DNA from: an uncultured Aliarcobacter sp.
GTDB lineage: Bacteria; Campylobacterota; Campylobacteria; Campylobacterales; Arcobacteraceae
DNA: 64,000 bases
NCBI GenBank assembly: GCA_963677435.1
Contig: OY781945.1
Location: forward strand, 1,184,001-1,248,000
Direction: 5' to 3'
The position numbers were made by a program, and so were the translations under genes. The notes below the pieces were generated by a model that was given only the letters and a program-made list of their open reading frames with translations, was not told the DNA's origin and did not search any database. Below, piece after piece: positions 1-10,099 of this stretch; the stretch's first letter is position 1, and every line of letters starts with the position of its first letter.

Positions 1-202
1 TAAATTATTATCTGCTCAACTTACTAGTCCTGTAAAATACAAACAATCTATTATTGCATTTGAAAATGATGTAGATTTATTTATTGAATTTGGAAATGGT
101 GCTGTTTTAAAAGGTTTAAATAAAAAAATTACAAAAGTAGCAACAACAAATGTTTCAGATATGAAATCACTTGAAAGTGTAATAGGAGAATTAAATGACT
201 AA
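1..202 (+). CDS. fabD: Malonyl-CoA-ACP transacylase, 3' end (partial)
   Basis: Frame from base 2 reads KLLSAQLTSPVKY...FIEFGNGAVLKGL...ND*, a FabD-type C-terminus; stop at 200-202 overlaps the next gene. Confidence 0.85.
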   Translation, partial: KLLSAQLTSPVKYKQSIIAFENDVDLFIEFGNGAVLKGLNKKITKVATTNVSDMKSLESVIGELND

Positions 203-890
203 ATTAGCAATTATGGGAGCGATGGAAGAGGAAATTGAACCTCTTTTATCATATTTTGAAAATGTAAATACAGTTGAATTTGCAAACAATAAATATTATG
301 AAGTAAATTACGATGGTTTAGAAATTGTAATTGCATATTCAAAAATTGGAAAAGTATTCGCTAGCTTAACAGCTGCAACTATGATTGAAAAATTTGGATG
401 TGATACTCTTTTATTTTCAGGAGTTGCAGGTGGAATTAATCCAGAACTTGAAATTGGGGATTTAATAATTGCTGATAAATTATGTCAACATGACTTAGAT
501 ATCACAGCCTTTGGTCATCCAAATGGATATGTTCCTGGTGGAAAAGTTTTTGTTGAAACTACGGAAGAATTAAGAACAATTGCAAAAAAAGTTGCAGTTG
601 AGAATAATTTAAAAGTTATTGAGGGAACTATTGCAACTGGAGATCAGTTTGTACATTCAAGTGAGCGAAAAGGATTTATTCAAAATACTTTTAATGCAGA
701 TGCTTTAGAAATGGAAGGTGCAAGTGTTGCTGTTGTTTGTGATGCTTTAAATATTCCATTTTTTATTTTAAGAGCAATATCTGATACTGCTGATATGGAT
801 GCAGGATTTGATTTTGACGAGTTTTTAAAATCGAGTGCAAAAAACTCTGCTGATTACTTAATAAAAATAGTAAAAGAATTAAAAAAATAA
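195..890 (+). CDS. mtnN: 5'-methylthioadenosine/S-adenosylhomocysteine nucleosidase
   Basis: GAMEEE, SKIGKV, SGVAGG, TGDQF, EMEGA and RAISD motifs. Confidence 0.95.
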   Translation: MTKLAIMGAMEEEIEPLLSYFENVNTVEFANNKYYEVNYDGLEIVIAYSKIGKVFASLTAATMIEKFGCDTLLFSGVAGGINPELEIGDLIIADKLCQHDLDITAFGHPNGYVPGGKVFVETTEELRTIAKKVAVENNLKVIEGTIATGDQFVHSSERKGFIQNTFNADALEMEGASVAVVCDALNIPFFILRAISDTADMDAGFDFDEFLKSSAKNSADYLIKIVKELKK

Positions 891-900
891 TTACTACTTC

Positions 901-934
901 AAATAAAAATCGAAATTAATTTCGATTTTTATTT
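901..934. terminator. Palindromic intrinsic terminator
   Basis: AAATAAAAATCGAAATT-AATTTCGATTTTTATTT perfect inverted repeat after mtnN. Confidence 0.7.
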
Positions 935-1014
935 CTTCCTTTAAATTTACTTATTATACACACCTTTTAGACTCTTTGACATGATAAAGTTTGATATTAT
1001 AAAAAGGAGATAAA

Positions 1015-2457
1015 ATGTTTGCAGAAATCAATACATTTCTAAATGATCTTATTTGGGGTAATATATTAATATATGTACTTCCTATTTTAGGAATATTTTT
1101 TACTATTAGTTCTAGATTTGTTCAATTTAGATATTTTTTTAAGATGTTTCATATCTTAAGAGAAACTGTTCATGATAAAGATGGTCACATCAGTTCATTC
1201 CAAGCTTTAATGCTAAGTGTTGCTGGTCGTGTAGGTGGTGGTAATATTGCTGGGGTTGCAGTTGCTATTACACTTGGTGGTCCTGGTGCTGTTTTCTGGA
1301 TGTGGTGTATTGCGCTTGTTGGTATGGCAACAAGCTTTTTTGAGTGTTCTTTAGCTCAATTATATAAAGAAAAAGATGGACTTGACTCTTGTGTTTATAG
1401 AGGGGGACCTGCTTATTATACAACTAAAGCTTTAGGGCAAAGATGGTTAGGAATCATTATTTCTGTTTTATTAATGATTACTTTTGGGTTCGCATTTAAT
1501 GCAACACAATCATTTATCATTTCTACATCATTTGAAGCATCATTTAATTTACCAACTTGGGTAAGTGGAGTTGCTTTAACTATTGTATTTGGTATTACAA
1601 TTTTTGGTGGTGTTAGAAGAATTGCTAAAATGTCTGAGGTTATCGTACCTATTATGGCATTAGGTTATTTATTAATTGCTCTTGTTGTTATTGTTTTAAA
1701 TATTAATGAAATTCCAGGTTTAATTAGCTTAATTGTTTCAGAAGCATTCCATCCAAGTACAGCAATCGCTGGTGGTGTTGGTGCTGTAATTTTACAAGGT
1801 GCAAAAAGAGGTATGTTCTCAAATGAAGCTGGACTAGGAAGTGCACCAAATGTTGCTGCTGTTGCTTATGTTGCTCACCCAGTTCAACAAGGTATTGTTC
1901 AATCATTCTCAGTATTTATTGATACAATTATTTTATGTTCTTGTACAGCCTTTATTATTCTTTTATCAGGTGTTTATACTCCAGGTGTTACGGGTATTCA
2001 AGGGGTATTATTAACTCAAAATGCTTTAATTGAACATATTGGTCCTTTTGGTGGTTACTTTGTTACAGTTGCCTTATTCTTATTTGGTTTCTCTTCAATG
2101 ATTTATAACTACTATTTAGCTGAAAATAGTTTAAATTTCTTTAGTAAAGGAAATGTTACTATATTCAATATCTTTAGAATAGTTTGTATTTTACTTGTTG
2201 TTTGGGGTTCATTCCAAGATTTAAGTTCTATTTTTGCCTTTGCAGATTTAAGTATGGGATTATTAGCAATTATCAATATGGTTGTTATTGCATTATTATA
2301 TAAACCAGTACTTCAATTAATCAGAGGTTATGAAAGACAAATTAAAGAAGGTAAAGTTCCTGTTTTAAGATATAATGACTATACTGAATTTAATATTGAT
2401 AAAGATACATGGAAAGAAATTGTAGATAATATCAATGACAAAAAAAATAAAGACTAA
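1015..2457 (+). CDS. Alanine/glycine:cation symporter (AGCS) family amino-acid transporter
   Basis: GRVGGGNIAGVAVAI..GGPGAVFWMW and RGMFSNEAGLGSAP motifs; multiple TM segments; hairpin overlapping the stop. Confidence 0.93.
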   Translation: MFAEINTFLNDLIWGNILIYVLPILGIFFTISSRFVQFRYFFKMFHILRETVHDKDGHISSFQALMLSVAGRVGGGNIAGVAVAITLGGPGAVFWMWCIALVGMATSFFECSLAQLYKEKDGLDSCVYRGGPAYYTTKALGQRWLGIIISVLLMITFGFAFNATQSFIISTSFEASFNLPTWVSGVALTIVFGITIFGGVRRIAKMSEVIVPIMALGYLLIALVVIVLNINEIPGLISLIVSEAFHPSTAIAGGVGAVILQGAKRGMFSNEAGLGSAPNVAAVAYVAHPVQQGIVQSFSVFIDTIILCSCTAFIILLSGVYTPGVTGIQGVLLTQNALIEHIGPFGGYFVTVALFLFGFSSMIYNYYLAENSLNFFSKGNVTIFNIFRIVCILLVVWGSFQDLSSIFAFADLSMGLLAIINMVVIALLYKPVLQLIRGYERQIKEGKVPVLRYNDYTEFNIDKDTWKEIVDNINDKKNKD

Positions 2458-2554
2458 GAATTTTTCTTAGTCTTTAATCTTTGAAAATAGATATTTGAAA
2501 AGTTTTAAGTAATATTTAGAGATGATTCAATTAAGATATTATCAAAGGTTCTTT

Positions 2555-3679
2555 ATGTTTAACAAAGAAGGTATTCCTTTTTTTACTACTATTATGCCAT
2601 TCTTAAGCATACTATTCATTACATTTTTATCTATTTCATACTATTACAAACTCTCTAATGAAACTTTTAATGAAGATATTAATGAATATAAAAAATTATA
2701 TTTAACTCATACTTATGATAATAAACAGTTGGATTTATTAATTGAGAAAAAAATGGAACAACATAAAAAAAATGAAAATACTTTCAAAAATTTCATGTAT
2801 GTTGTAATGACAATTTTTATCTCTTTTATGATACTTTTTTCTTTTCTTATGATGTCAATTATCAAAGATGTAGTGAAAAAATATAAAAAACAAGTTCAAA
2901 ATCGAGAAGATGAACTTAAAGCTTTAAATGACACATTATTTATGAAAGTTGAATGTGGTATTCAAGAAGCAAAACAAAAAGATAAAAAGATACTAGAGCA
3001 AGCAAAACTTGCAAGAATTGGTTCAATGATTAGTATGATAGCTCATCAATGGCGACAGCCACTTAGTGAATTGTCTGGAATTTTAATGGAACTAGAAACT
3101 GCAACAAGATTTAAAAAAGTTGATGAAAATCACATTTTAACTGCAATTGAGAAAAGTGATAAAATGATTGATTTTATGTCAAATACAATAGATGACTTTA
3201 GAAATTTCTATAAACCTGATAAAATTAAAGAAGAGTTTTTAGTTTCACTTGCTTGTTCAAAAGCAATTAATATTATTGATGCAACTTTAAAAAATCTAGG
3301 TATTAAACTAAATATCAATATAAATAAAGATAAAAAGATATATGGTTATCCTACAGAATTTTCTCAAGTTATTTTAAATATCTTAAGTAATGCAAAAGAT
3401 ATTTTAGTTGAGAGAAATATAAAATATCCAGTAATAGATATAAATATTGATATAAAAGGAATACTATCTGTTATTGAAATATCAGATAATGCAGGTGGAA
3501 TAAAAGAAGAAAATTTAGAAATCATTTTTGATCCTTATTTTAGTACAAAAGAATCATCAAAAGGAACAGGACTAGGACTTTATATTTCAAAACTTATAAT
3601 TGAACGAAATATGGGCGGAGAATTAAGTATTTATAATAATCAAGATGGTGCAGTTTTCAAAATCGTAATAGCAGGATAA
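2555..3679 (+). CDS. Membrane sensor histidine kinase
   Basis: Two TM segments, IAHQWRQPL H-box, NILSNAKD, DNAGG, GTGLGL; start more likely ATG 2555 than 2522. Confidence 0.92.
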   Translation: MFNKEGIPFFTTIMPFLSILFITFLSISYYYKLSNETFNEDINEYKKLYLTHTYDNKQLDLLIEKKMEQHKKNENTFKNFMYVVMTIFISFMILFSFLMMSIIKDVVKKYKKQVQNREDELKALNDTLFMKVECGIQEAKQKDKKILEQAKLARIGSMISMIAHQWRQPLSELSGILMELETATRFKKVDENHILTAIEKSDKMIDFMSNTIDDFRNFYKPDKIKEEFLVSLACSKAINIIDATLKNLGIKLNININKDKKIYGYPTEFSQVILNILSNAKDILVERNIKYPVIDINIDIKGILSVIEISDNAGGIKEENLEIIFDPYFSTKESSKGTGLGLYISKLIIERNMGGELSIYNNQDGAVFKIVIAG

Positions 3680-3682
3680 GAT

Positions 3683-4363
3683 ATGGATAATGAATTATTA
3701 AAAGAGTTAAAAGACATTTCAATTTTATGTGTAGAAGATGATGATGGAATTAGACAAACAATAGTTAGTACATTAAAATACTATTTTGATGATGTTTATG
3801 AAGCAAGTGATGGAAATGAAGCTTATGAGTTGTATGAATATTATAAACCAAAAATAGTGCTAAGTGATATTCAAATGAAAGATTGTGATGGGGTTGAATT
3901 AGTAAAAAAAATAAGAAAAAATGACCCTGATACAATGATTATTATGCTTACGGCTTATTCTAGTGAAGAGTATTTAATGCAGTTGATTAATCTTAATATA
4001 AATCACTATATTTTAAAACCTTTAAATTTAAAGAAACTAAATATTGCATTAGAAAAATATTTAAATAAGACTATGCGACCTATTATTTTATGTGATGATT
4101 TGATTTTGGATTTACAAAAAAGAGAGTTAATTTACAAAAATAATGAAATAATCCCATTAAGAAAAAGAGAAAAAGATTTTTTAGAGCTTTTATATGAAAA
4201 AAGAAGTTCAATTTTAAAGTATGATGAGATAGAATTCCAATTGTGGAATGATAAAGAGATGACTACACATGCGTTAAAATCGTTTATAAAAGAACTTAGA
4301 CACAAAATGCCAGTTAATGTTATCAAAAATATACCACAAGAGGGTTATACTTTGCAGCATTAA
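3683..4363 (+). CDS. OmpR-type response regulator
   Basis: Receiver (VEDD, SDIQM, LKP) plus winged-helix C-terminus. Confidence 0.92.
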   Translation: MDNELLKELKDISILCVEDDDGIRQTIVSTLKYYFDDVYEASDGNEAYELYEYYKPKIVLSDIQMKDCDGVELVKKIRKNDPDTMIIMLTAYSSEEYLMQLINLNINHYILKPLNLKKLNIALEKYLNKTMRPIILCDDLILDLQKRELIYKNNEIIPLRKREKDFLELLYEKRSSILKYDEIEFQLWNDKEMTTHALKSFIKELRHKMPVNVIKNIPQEGYTLQH

Positions 4364-4422
4364 CTACTTTTTATACACTTTAGTTGTATATTATTACAAA
4401 AATATGAATAATAAGGATTATC

Positions 4423-5835
4423 ATGGAAAAATTACATAGAATAGAAAAAGATTTTTTAGGTGAAAAAGAGATAGATTCAAGTAAATATTATGGAATTCAA
4501 ACATTAAGAGCAAAAGAGAATTTCCATATTACAAAAACAGATATATCACTGTTTCCAAACTTTATTAAATCACTTGCAAAAGTAAAAAAAGCTTGTGCTT
4601 TAACAAACTTTGAATTAGGTGATTTAACTGATATACAAAAAGATGCAATTGTTCAAGCTTGTAATGAAATAATTGACGGAAAATTTCATGACCAATTTAT
4701 TGTAGATCCAATCCAAGGTGGAGCTGGAACTTCTACAAATATGAATGCAAATGAAGTTATTGCAAATCGTGCTTTAGAAATTTTAGGGAAACCAAAAAGT
4801 TCATATGACATTATTCATCCAAATAATCATATTAATATGAGTCAATCAACAAATGATGTTTACCCAACTGCTATTAAATTAACTCTTCATGAATTAATAT
4901 ATAAATTAAAAGAGTCATTAAGATTTTTAAGAGATTCTTTTGAAGAAAAATCTATTGAATTTAAAGATGTTTTAAAAATGGGAAGAACACAACTTCAAGA
5001 TGCTGTTCCTATGACTTTAGGTCAAGAATTTAAAACATTTGCAGTTATGATTGATGCGGATATTTTTAGATTAAGAGATGTACAAGCTCACTTAAGAGAA
5101 GTAAATTTAGGTGCAACTGCAATTGGTACTGGAATTAACTCAAAAGCTGCATACCAAAGAAAAGTTATTTCAAATTTAAGAGAAGTTACAGGTGTTGATT
5201 ATGTGGCAGCTGGTGATTTAATTGAAGCTACTCAAGATACAGGTTCATTTGTACATATTTCTGGAATGTTAAAAAGTATTGCAATTAAAGTATCAAAAAT
5301 TTGTAATGACTTAAGACTTTTAAGTTCAGGACCAAGAGCTGGATTTAATGAAATTAATCTTCCTCCAATGCAACCTGGATCTTCAATCATGCCTGGAAAA
5401 GTAAATCCAGTAATTCCTGAAGTTGTAAACCAAGTTGCTTTTGAAGTTATTGGTGCTGATATGACTATTGCAATGGCAAGTGAAGGTGGACAATTACAAT
5501 TAAATGTATTTGAACCATTAATTGCATATAAACTATTTACTTCAATTAATATGATGAGAAGAGCATTCTATTCTTTAGGTGAAAAATGTGTTAAAGGTAT
5601 TACTGCAAATGAAGATGTTTGTATGGAAAATATCTTAAATTCAGTAACACTTGTAACTTGTTTAAATCCAATTTTAGGATATGAAAAAAGTTCAGCACTT
5701 GCTAAAGAAGCTCTAAAAACAAACAAAAGAGTTTATGACATTATTTTAGAACAAGAACTATTTACAAAAGAAGAACTTGATGAATTATTAAAACCTGAAA
5801 ATATGGTAACTAACCTTTCTAAGGACGCAAAATGA
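4423..5835 (+). CDS. aspA: Aspartate ammonia-lyase
   Basis: GSSIMPGKVNP signature, QGGAGTSTNMNANEV, KMGRTQLQDA. Confidence 0.95.
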   Translation: MEKLHRIEKDFLGEKEIDSSKYYGIQTLRAKENFHITKTDISLFPNFIKSLAKVKKACALTNFELGDLTDIQKDAIVQACNEIIDGKFHDQFIVDPIQGGAGTSTNMNANEVIANRALEILGKPKSSYDIIHPNNHINMSQSTNDVYPTAIKLTLHELIYKLKESLRFLRDSFEEKSIEFKDVLKMGRTQLQDAVPMTLGQEFKTFAVMIDADIFRLRDVQAHLREVNLGATAIGTGINSKAAYQRKVISNLREVTGVDYVAAGDLIEATQDTGSFVHISGMLKSIAIKVSKICNDLRLLSSGPRAGFNEINLPPMQPGSSIMPGKVNPVIPEVVNQVAFEVIGADMTIAMASEGGQLQLNVFEPLIAYKLFTSINMMRRAFYSLGEKCVKGITANEDVCMENILNSVTLVTCLNPILGYEKSSALAKEALKTNKRVYDIILEQELFTKEELDELLKPENMVTNLSKDAK

Positions 5836-6323
5836 AAATAACTGTATTAAATACAGGTGGAACATTTAACAAAAGATATAACCCAATCAAAGGACAATTA
5901 GAAGTTCCAACTGATAATATCGCATTAGACAAGATTGTAAAATCTTGCCATAATGTGCAATTTGATATTAAAAATATTGTTTCAAAAGATAGTTTAGATT
6001 TTACACAAGAAGATAGAGAAACTATTTTAAAAGAAGTACAAAATAGTACAAGTGACAAAATTATTATTATTCATGGAACTGATACAGTTGATTTAACTTC
6101 AAAGTTTTTTGAAGGACAAATTGAAGGTAAAACTATAGTTTTTACAGGTGCAATGGTTCCTATGAGTATTGATGAAGTTGAAGCTACTATGAATTTTTCT
6201 CAAGCAATTGGATTTTTAAACGCAGATGTTAAACCTGGTATTTATTTATCAATGCATGGGGTTGTTGTTGATCACAGTAGACTTAAAAAAGACAGATCTG
6301 TAGGACAATTTTTAATTAATTAG
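5832..6323 (+). CDS. Single-domain (short) asparaginase-family protein
   Basis: TGGT and HGTDT catalytic motifs; no C-terminal domain; ATGA overlap with aspA. Confidence 0.85.
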   Translation: MKITVLNTGGTFNKRYNPIKGQLEVPTDNIALDKIVKSCHNVQFDIKNIVSKDSLDFTQEDRETILKEVQNSTSDKIIIIHGTDTVDLTSKFFEGQIEGKTIVFTGAMVPMSIDEVEATMNFSQAIGFLNADVKPGIYLSMHGVVVDHSRLKKDRSVGQFLIN

Positions 6324-6386
6324 TTATATTTAACAAAGTTTCAATATAATTGTTTGATTTGAAACAATTATGAAACAGGTTATTAT

Positions 6387-8996
6387 ATGCTTTTTAAAAA
6401 CAACAAAAAATATAGCTTAAATGATATAGAGCGATTATATTCACAAATACCACTAATATTTATAATCGTAATCGCTTTATTATCATTTCTTATTACCTTT
6501 TTTATTTTAGACTCAAAACAAAATAGACAAATAGACTTACTTAAACAAAAATACTTTTTAAATTATGAATTTGCTCAAAAAGAAGAGATTAGTAGATTTA
6601 AATCTTATGTTGAAAAAAGATTAAAAAGTAGATTCTCAAAAGAAGAGATACATCTTAAAAATATAACTTACAAGGTAGTTGGTTATATTCAATCAAATCG
6701 TTTAAAAGAGTTTGATAACTTAAGTATTTATCTAAAAAATATAGAAAAAACAGATAAGGTAAATATTACTATTTTCAAAAAAGATAATCTAGATATTTTA
6801 TATGGAAATCAATCTATTGCTTATTTACAAAATCTAATTTATAGTTATAAAGAGAAAAAATATAGAGATTTTATTTTGATGTATATTTATTCACAAGGTA
6901 ATGAAAATCTTCAATATTGGAAAGATGATGTTGCAAATACTGTAAGATTGAGCTTCTTTGATAAAGTAATTATAAATGATGAAGAGTATTATATTGGCTC
7001 ATTTTCTACAATAAACTCAATAAGAGTAATTACAAAAAATGCAATAATTGATGCTATAAATAGTGATGATTTTGATATTTGGTTTTATGATCTTATTTCT
7101 CAAAAAACATATAATTTTAATAAAGAAAAGAAATATATAGATTCAAATGAATTATTCAAAAATGAAAAAGATACTAAATCTTATGAGATATTAAAACACT
7201 ATTTTAGCGACTTTGAATATAGTGATAAGTTTAAAAGCTATAGTTATCTGTATCAAAAGTATAATTTTTTGGTTTCAACTTTTTATAACAATGAAATAGT
7301 AGAAAATCAGATAAAAGGCACAATTGCCAAAATCAAAAAAGATAATAGAAATCTACTTTTAAAAATCTTTAGTTATATCTTAGTTAGTGCAACACTATTG
7401 ATACTTCTTACATCACTTTTTATAAATTTTATTAAAAAAATTATTACAGAATACAATGATGAACTTGAAAATAAAACTGTATCTTTAATCCATTGGAAAA
7501 AAAGATTTGAGTTGGCAATTATTGCTTCAAATGATGGTTTATGGGATATTGATTTTAAAACGCAAAAAATATATTTTTCTGATAAGTGGTTGGATATGTT
7601 TGGTTATGAAAAAGATGAAGTTTTAACCTTTTCTGATTGGTTTAATCTAATTCATAATGAAGATAGACCAAATGTGGAAAAACTCTTTGATAAGATATTT
7701 GCAAAAGCAGATGATACTTTTATTTGTGAATATAGATTAAAAACAAAAAATGAAGGTTTTAAATGGGTACTAGCCAGAGGTAAATCTTTTGTTGATGAAA
7801 ATAATGAACTAGATAGAATGCTTATGATGTCTATGGATATAGATAAAAATAAAAGAATGAAAAAAGAGTTACTAGATATTGAGCTTTTAGTTGAAGATGG
7901 AAAAATCGTAATTTTTAAACTTATCAATAATGAAAATTTATCAGTTCAATATATTTCAAATAGTATTCAAACTTTTGGATTTAGCAAAAATATGTTTGAA
8001 AAAGAGAATATGAAATTTATGGATTTAATTCATAAAGAAGATATTGCAAATGTGCAAGTTGCTATAAATGCAGCTGTAAAAAAAGATTTACCATATTTTA
8101 CTTTTACTTGTAGACTCATTAATGCTGCAAATGAGATAAGATGGATATCAAGTAGGGTTATTCTTATAAAAAACCACACAGGGCAAGTAAGCCACTTTTA
8201 TGGCTATTTAAATGATATTACAAAAATAAAACTAAGTGAAGAGGAACTAAAATTAAAAGTTGAAGAAGAACTTAGTAAAAATAGAGAAAAAGATAGGATT
8301 TTAATCCAGCAAAATAAACTAGCAGCCATGGGTGAAATGTTAGGAAATATTGCTCACCAATGGAGACAACCTTTAAATAATGTCTCTTTAATACTTCAAT
8401 TTTTAAGGGATAATTATAAAAATAAAGAGGTAAGTGAAGAAAAACTTGATAAGTTTATGAATAAAGCAAATAAACATATTGAGTACATGAGTGAAACAAT
8501 TGATGATTTTAGAAATTTTTATAAACCCTCAAAAACACAAAACAAGTTTTTTGTAAATGAGAGTATTGATACTTTACTTTATATGGTAAAAAATCAGTAT
8601 GAAAATCAAAATATAAAAATAAACTTTGAGTTTGAAAAAATTGAAATAACAAATTATGAAAATGAACTAAAACAAGCTTTATTAAATATCTTAAATAATG
8701 CAAAAGATGCTTTAGTTTCTAAAAAACTAACAGAAAAATTTGATGCTTTTATTAATATATTTTTATACAAAAATGAAGAAAAAATGAAATTAGAAATATC
8801 AAATAATGGTGGAAATATAAATGAAGAGATTTTATACAAAATCTTTGAACCATACTTTACAACAAAGTTTGAAACCCAAGGAACAGGAATAGGGCTTTAT
8901 ATGACAAAATCAATTATAGAAACTAATATGAAAGGAAAAATTGAAGTGCAAAATATAGATGATGGTGTTAAATTTACCATTACTTTAAATATTTAA
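6387..8996 (+). CDS. Membrane PAS-domain sensor histidine kinase
   Basis: Two TM segments around a large periplasmic domain, two PAS/PAC-like regions, IAHQWRQPL, GTGIGL. Confidence 0.92.
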   Translation: MLFKNNKKYSLNDIERLYSQIPLIFIIVIALLSFLITFFILDSKQNRQIDLLKQKYFLNYEFAQKEEISRFKSYVEKRLKSRFSKEEIHLKNITYKVVGYIQSNRLKEFDNLSIYLKNIEKTDKVNITIFKKDNLDILYGNQSIAYLQNLIYSYKEKKYRDFILMYIYSQGNENLQYWKDDVANTVRLSFFDKVIINDEEYYIGSFSTINSIRVITKNAIIDAINSDDFDIWFYDLISQKTYNFNKEKKYIDSNELFKNEKDTKSYEILKHYFSDFEYSDKFKSYSYLYQKYNFLVSTFYNNEIVENQIKGTIAKIKKDNRNLLLKIFSYILVSATLLILLTSLFINFIKKIITEYNDELENKTVSLIHWKKRFELAIIASNDGLWDIDFKTQKIYFSDKWLDMFGYEKDEVLTFSDWFNLIHNEDRPNVEKLFDKIFAKADDTFICEYRLKTKNEGFKWVLARGKSFVDENNELDRMLMMSMDIDKNKRMKKELLDIELLVEDGKIVIFKLINNENLSVQYISNSIQTFGFSKNMFEKENMKFMDLIHKEDIANVQVAINAAVKKDLPYFTFTCRLINAANEIRWISSRVILIKNHTGQVSHFYGYLNDITKIKLSEEELKLKVEEELSKNREKDRILIQQNKLAAMGEMLGNIAHQWRQPLNNVSLILQFLRDNYKNKEVSEEKLDKFMNKANKHIEYMSETIDDFRNFYKPSKTQNKFFVNESIDTLLYMVKNQYENQNIKINFEFEKIEITNYENELKQALLNILNNAKDALVSKKLTEKFDAFINIFLYKNEEKMKLEISNNGGNINEEILYKIFEPYFTTKFETQGTGIGLYMTKSIIETNMKGKIEVQNIDDGVKFTITLNI

Positions 8997-9013
8997 CTTT
9001 ATAGGATTAAAAA

Positions 9014-9724
9014 ATGAATGAATATATTACAAGAGTATTATTAGTAGAAGATGAAGAAGATGCAAGGGAAATACTAAGTTTCTATCTTGATACGGTTTTT
9101 GATGAGGTTCAAATTGCCTGTGATGGTCAAGAAGGATTAGAACTGTATGAAAAAGCATATGAAGATAATAAAACCTTTGATTTAGTTTTGACAGATATTC
9201 AAATGCCAAAACTTGATGGTTTATCAATGATTGAGAATATTACAAAAATAAATGAAAATCAAAAGTTCATAATAGTATCAGCATACAAAGATGAAGAGTA
9301 TCTTTTTAAATCTATAAATCTAAATGTTATCTCATATTTTGTAAAACCATTGGAAGTAAAAAATATGATGGAGATGTTAAAAAAGGTTAAATCAAAAGTT
9401 TTGGAAGAGAAATCAAATGAACCAGTAGAAGAAGTGATTGTAAAAATAAATAATACCTATGAATACAACAGAAAAACAAATCTTCTTTATAGAAATGGTG
9501 AGTTAGTAGATTTATCAAAAAAGGAAAAATTACTAATAGAAGCTTTAGTTAAAAATATAAAAGAGATAAAAACAAAAGAGTATTTAAAAGAGTTTATTTG
9601 GAATGATGCAGAAACTTCTGATGCAACTATGCGAACGGTTATAAAAAGGGTTAAAGATAAAATTGTGGATGATGATTTTATTGTTTCTAAGAAGGGATTG
9701 GGGTATTTGATAGAGAGAGGGTAA
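9014..9724 (+). CDS. OmpR-type response regulator
   Basis: VEDE, TDIQMP, VKP receiver; wHTH ending KGLGY. Confidence 0.92.
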   Translation: MNEYITRVLLVEDEEDAREILSFYLDTVFDEVQIACDGQEGLELYEKAYEDNKTFDLVLTDIQMPKLDGLSMIENITKINENQKFIIVSAYKDEEYLFKSINLNVISYFVKPLEVKNMMEMLKKVKSKVLEEKSNEPVEEVIVKINNTYEYNRKTNLLYRNGELVDLSKKEKLLIEALVKNIKEIKTKEYLKEFIWNDAETSDATMRTVIKRVKDKIVDDDFIVSKKGLGYLIERG

Positions 9725-9803
9725 TTAGTTGTAAGATGTAATATAATATATGTTATTTGTTTATTTTTAGGATGTCTTGTATATAATGTGTGTTGAATAA
9801 ATA

Positions 9804-9811
9804 GTTATATG
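9804..9811 (+). other. Left recombination point of cassette 1 (attI-like or secondary site)
   Basis: GTTATATG is the exact reverse complement of CATATAAC (13051-13058), the R'' end of the same cassette. Confidence 0.65.
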
Positions 9812-9928
9812 CTAATTACTATTAGAATAATTTGCTAAAATTACTCATTAGTATTAAAAAGAACTAAATTTAATTATTTAAATTATTATTATCAATAAAT
9901 TTTGATATTATTTAAGAAAGGAATAAGT

Positions 9929-10099
9929 ATGGACTTATCAGATTTCGGAAGTATTGCAAGCATAATAAGCCTTTTTGTAGGTGTTATATTAGGATTCTCT
10001 AGTTGTAAATTTAGTAGTAAGTCAAACAATAATAAATCATCTCAACATGGAATAACAGCTGGCGGTGATGTTACGGGAAGAGATAAAATCACAAAATGA
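9929..10099 (+). CDS. 56-aa single-TM protein with C-terminal ITAGGDVTGRDKIT motif (candidate Lamassu effector)
   Basis: AAAGGA RBS before ATG 9929; hydrophobic FGSIASIISLFVGVILGF; polar N/S/Q linker; ATGA overlap with next gene. Confidence 0.75.
   Translation: MDLSDFGSIASIISLFVGVILGFSSCKFSSKSNNNKSSQHGITAGGDVTGRDKITK

Noticed and set aside
957..4382. ACACYTT-like motifs upstream of the AGCS transporter and aspA as shared regulator sites
   Set aside because: Short, AT-rich and inconsistently spaced; not distinguishable from chance by eye
5832..6323. Short asparaginase as a pseudogene
   Set aside because: Both catalytic Thr motifs are present, it is coupled to aspA, and no C-terminal remnant follows
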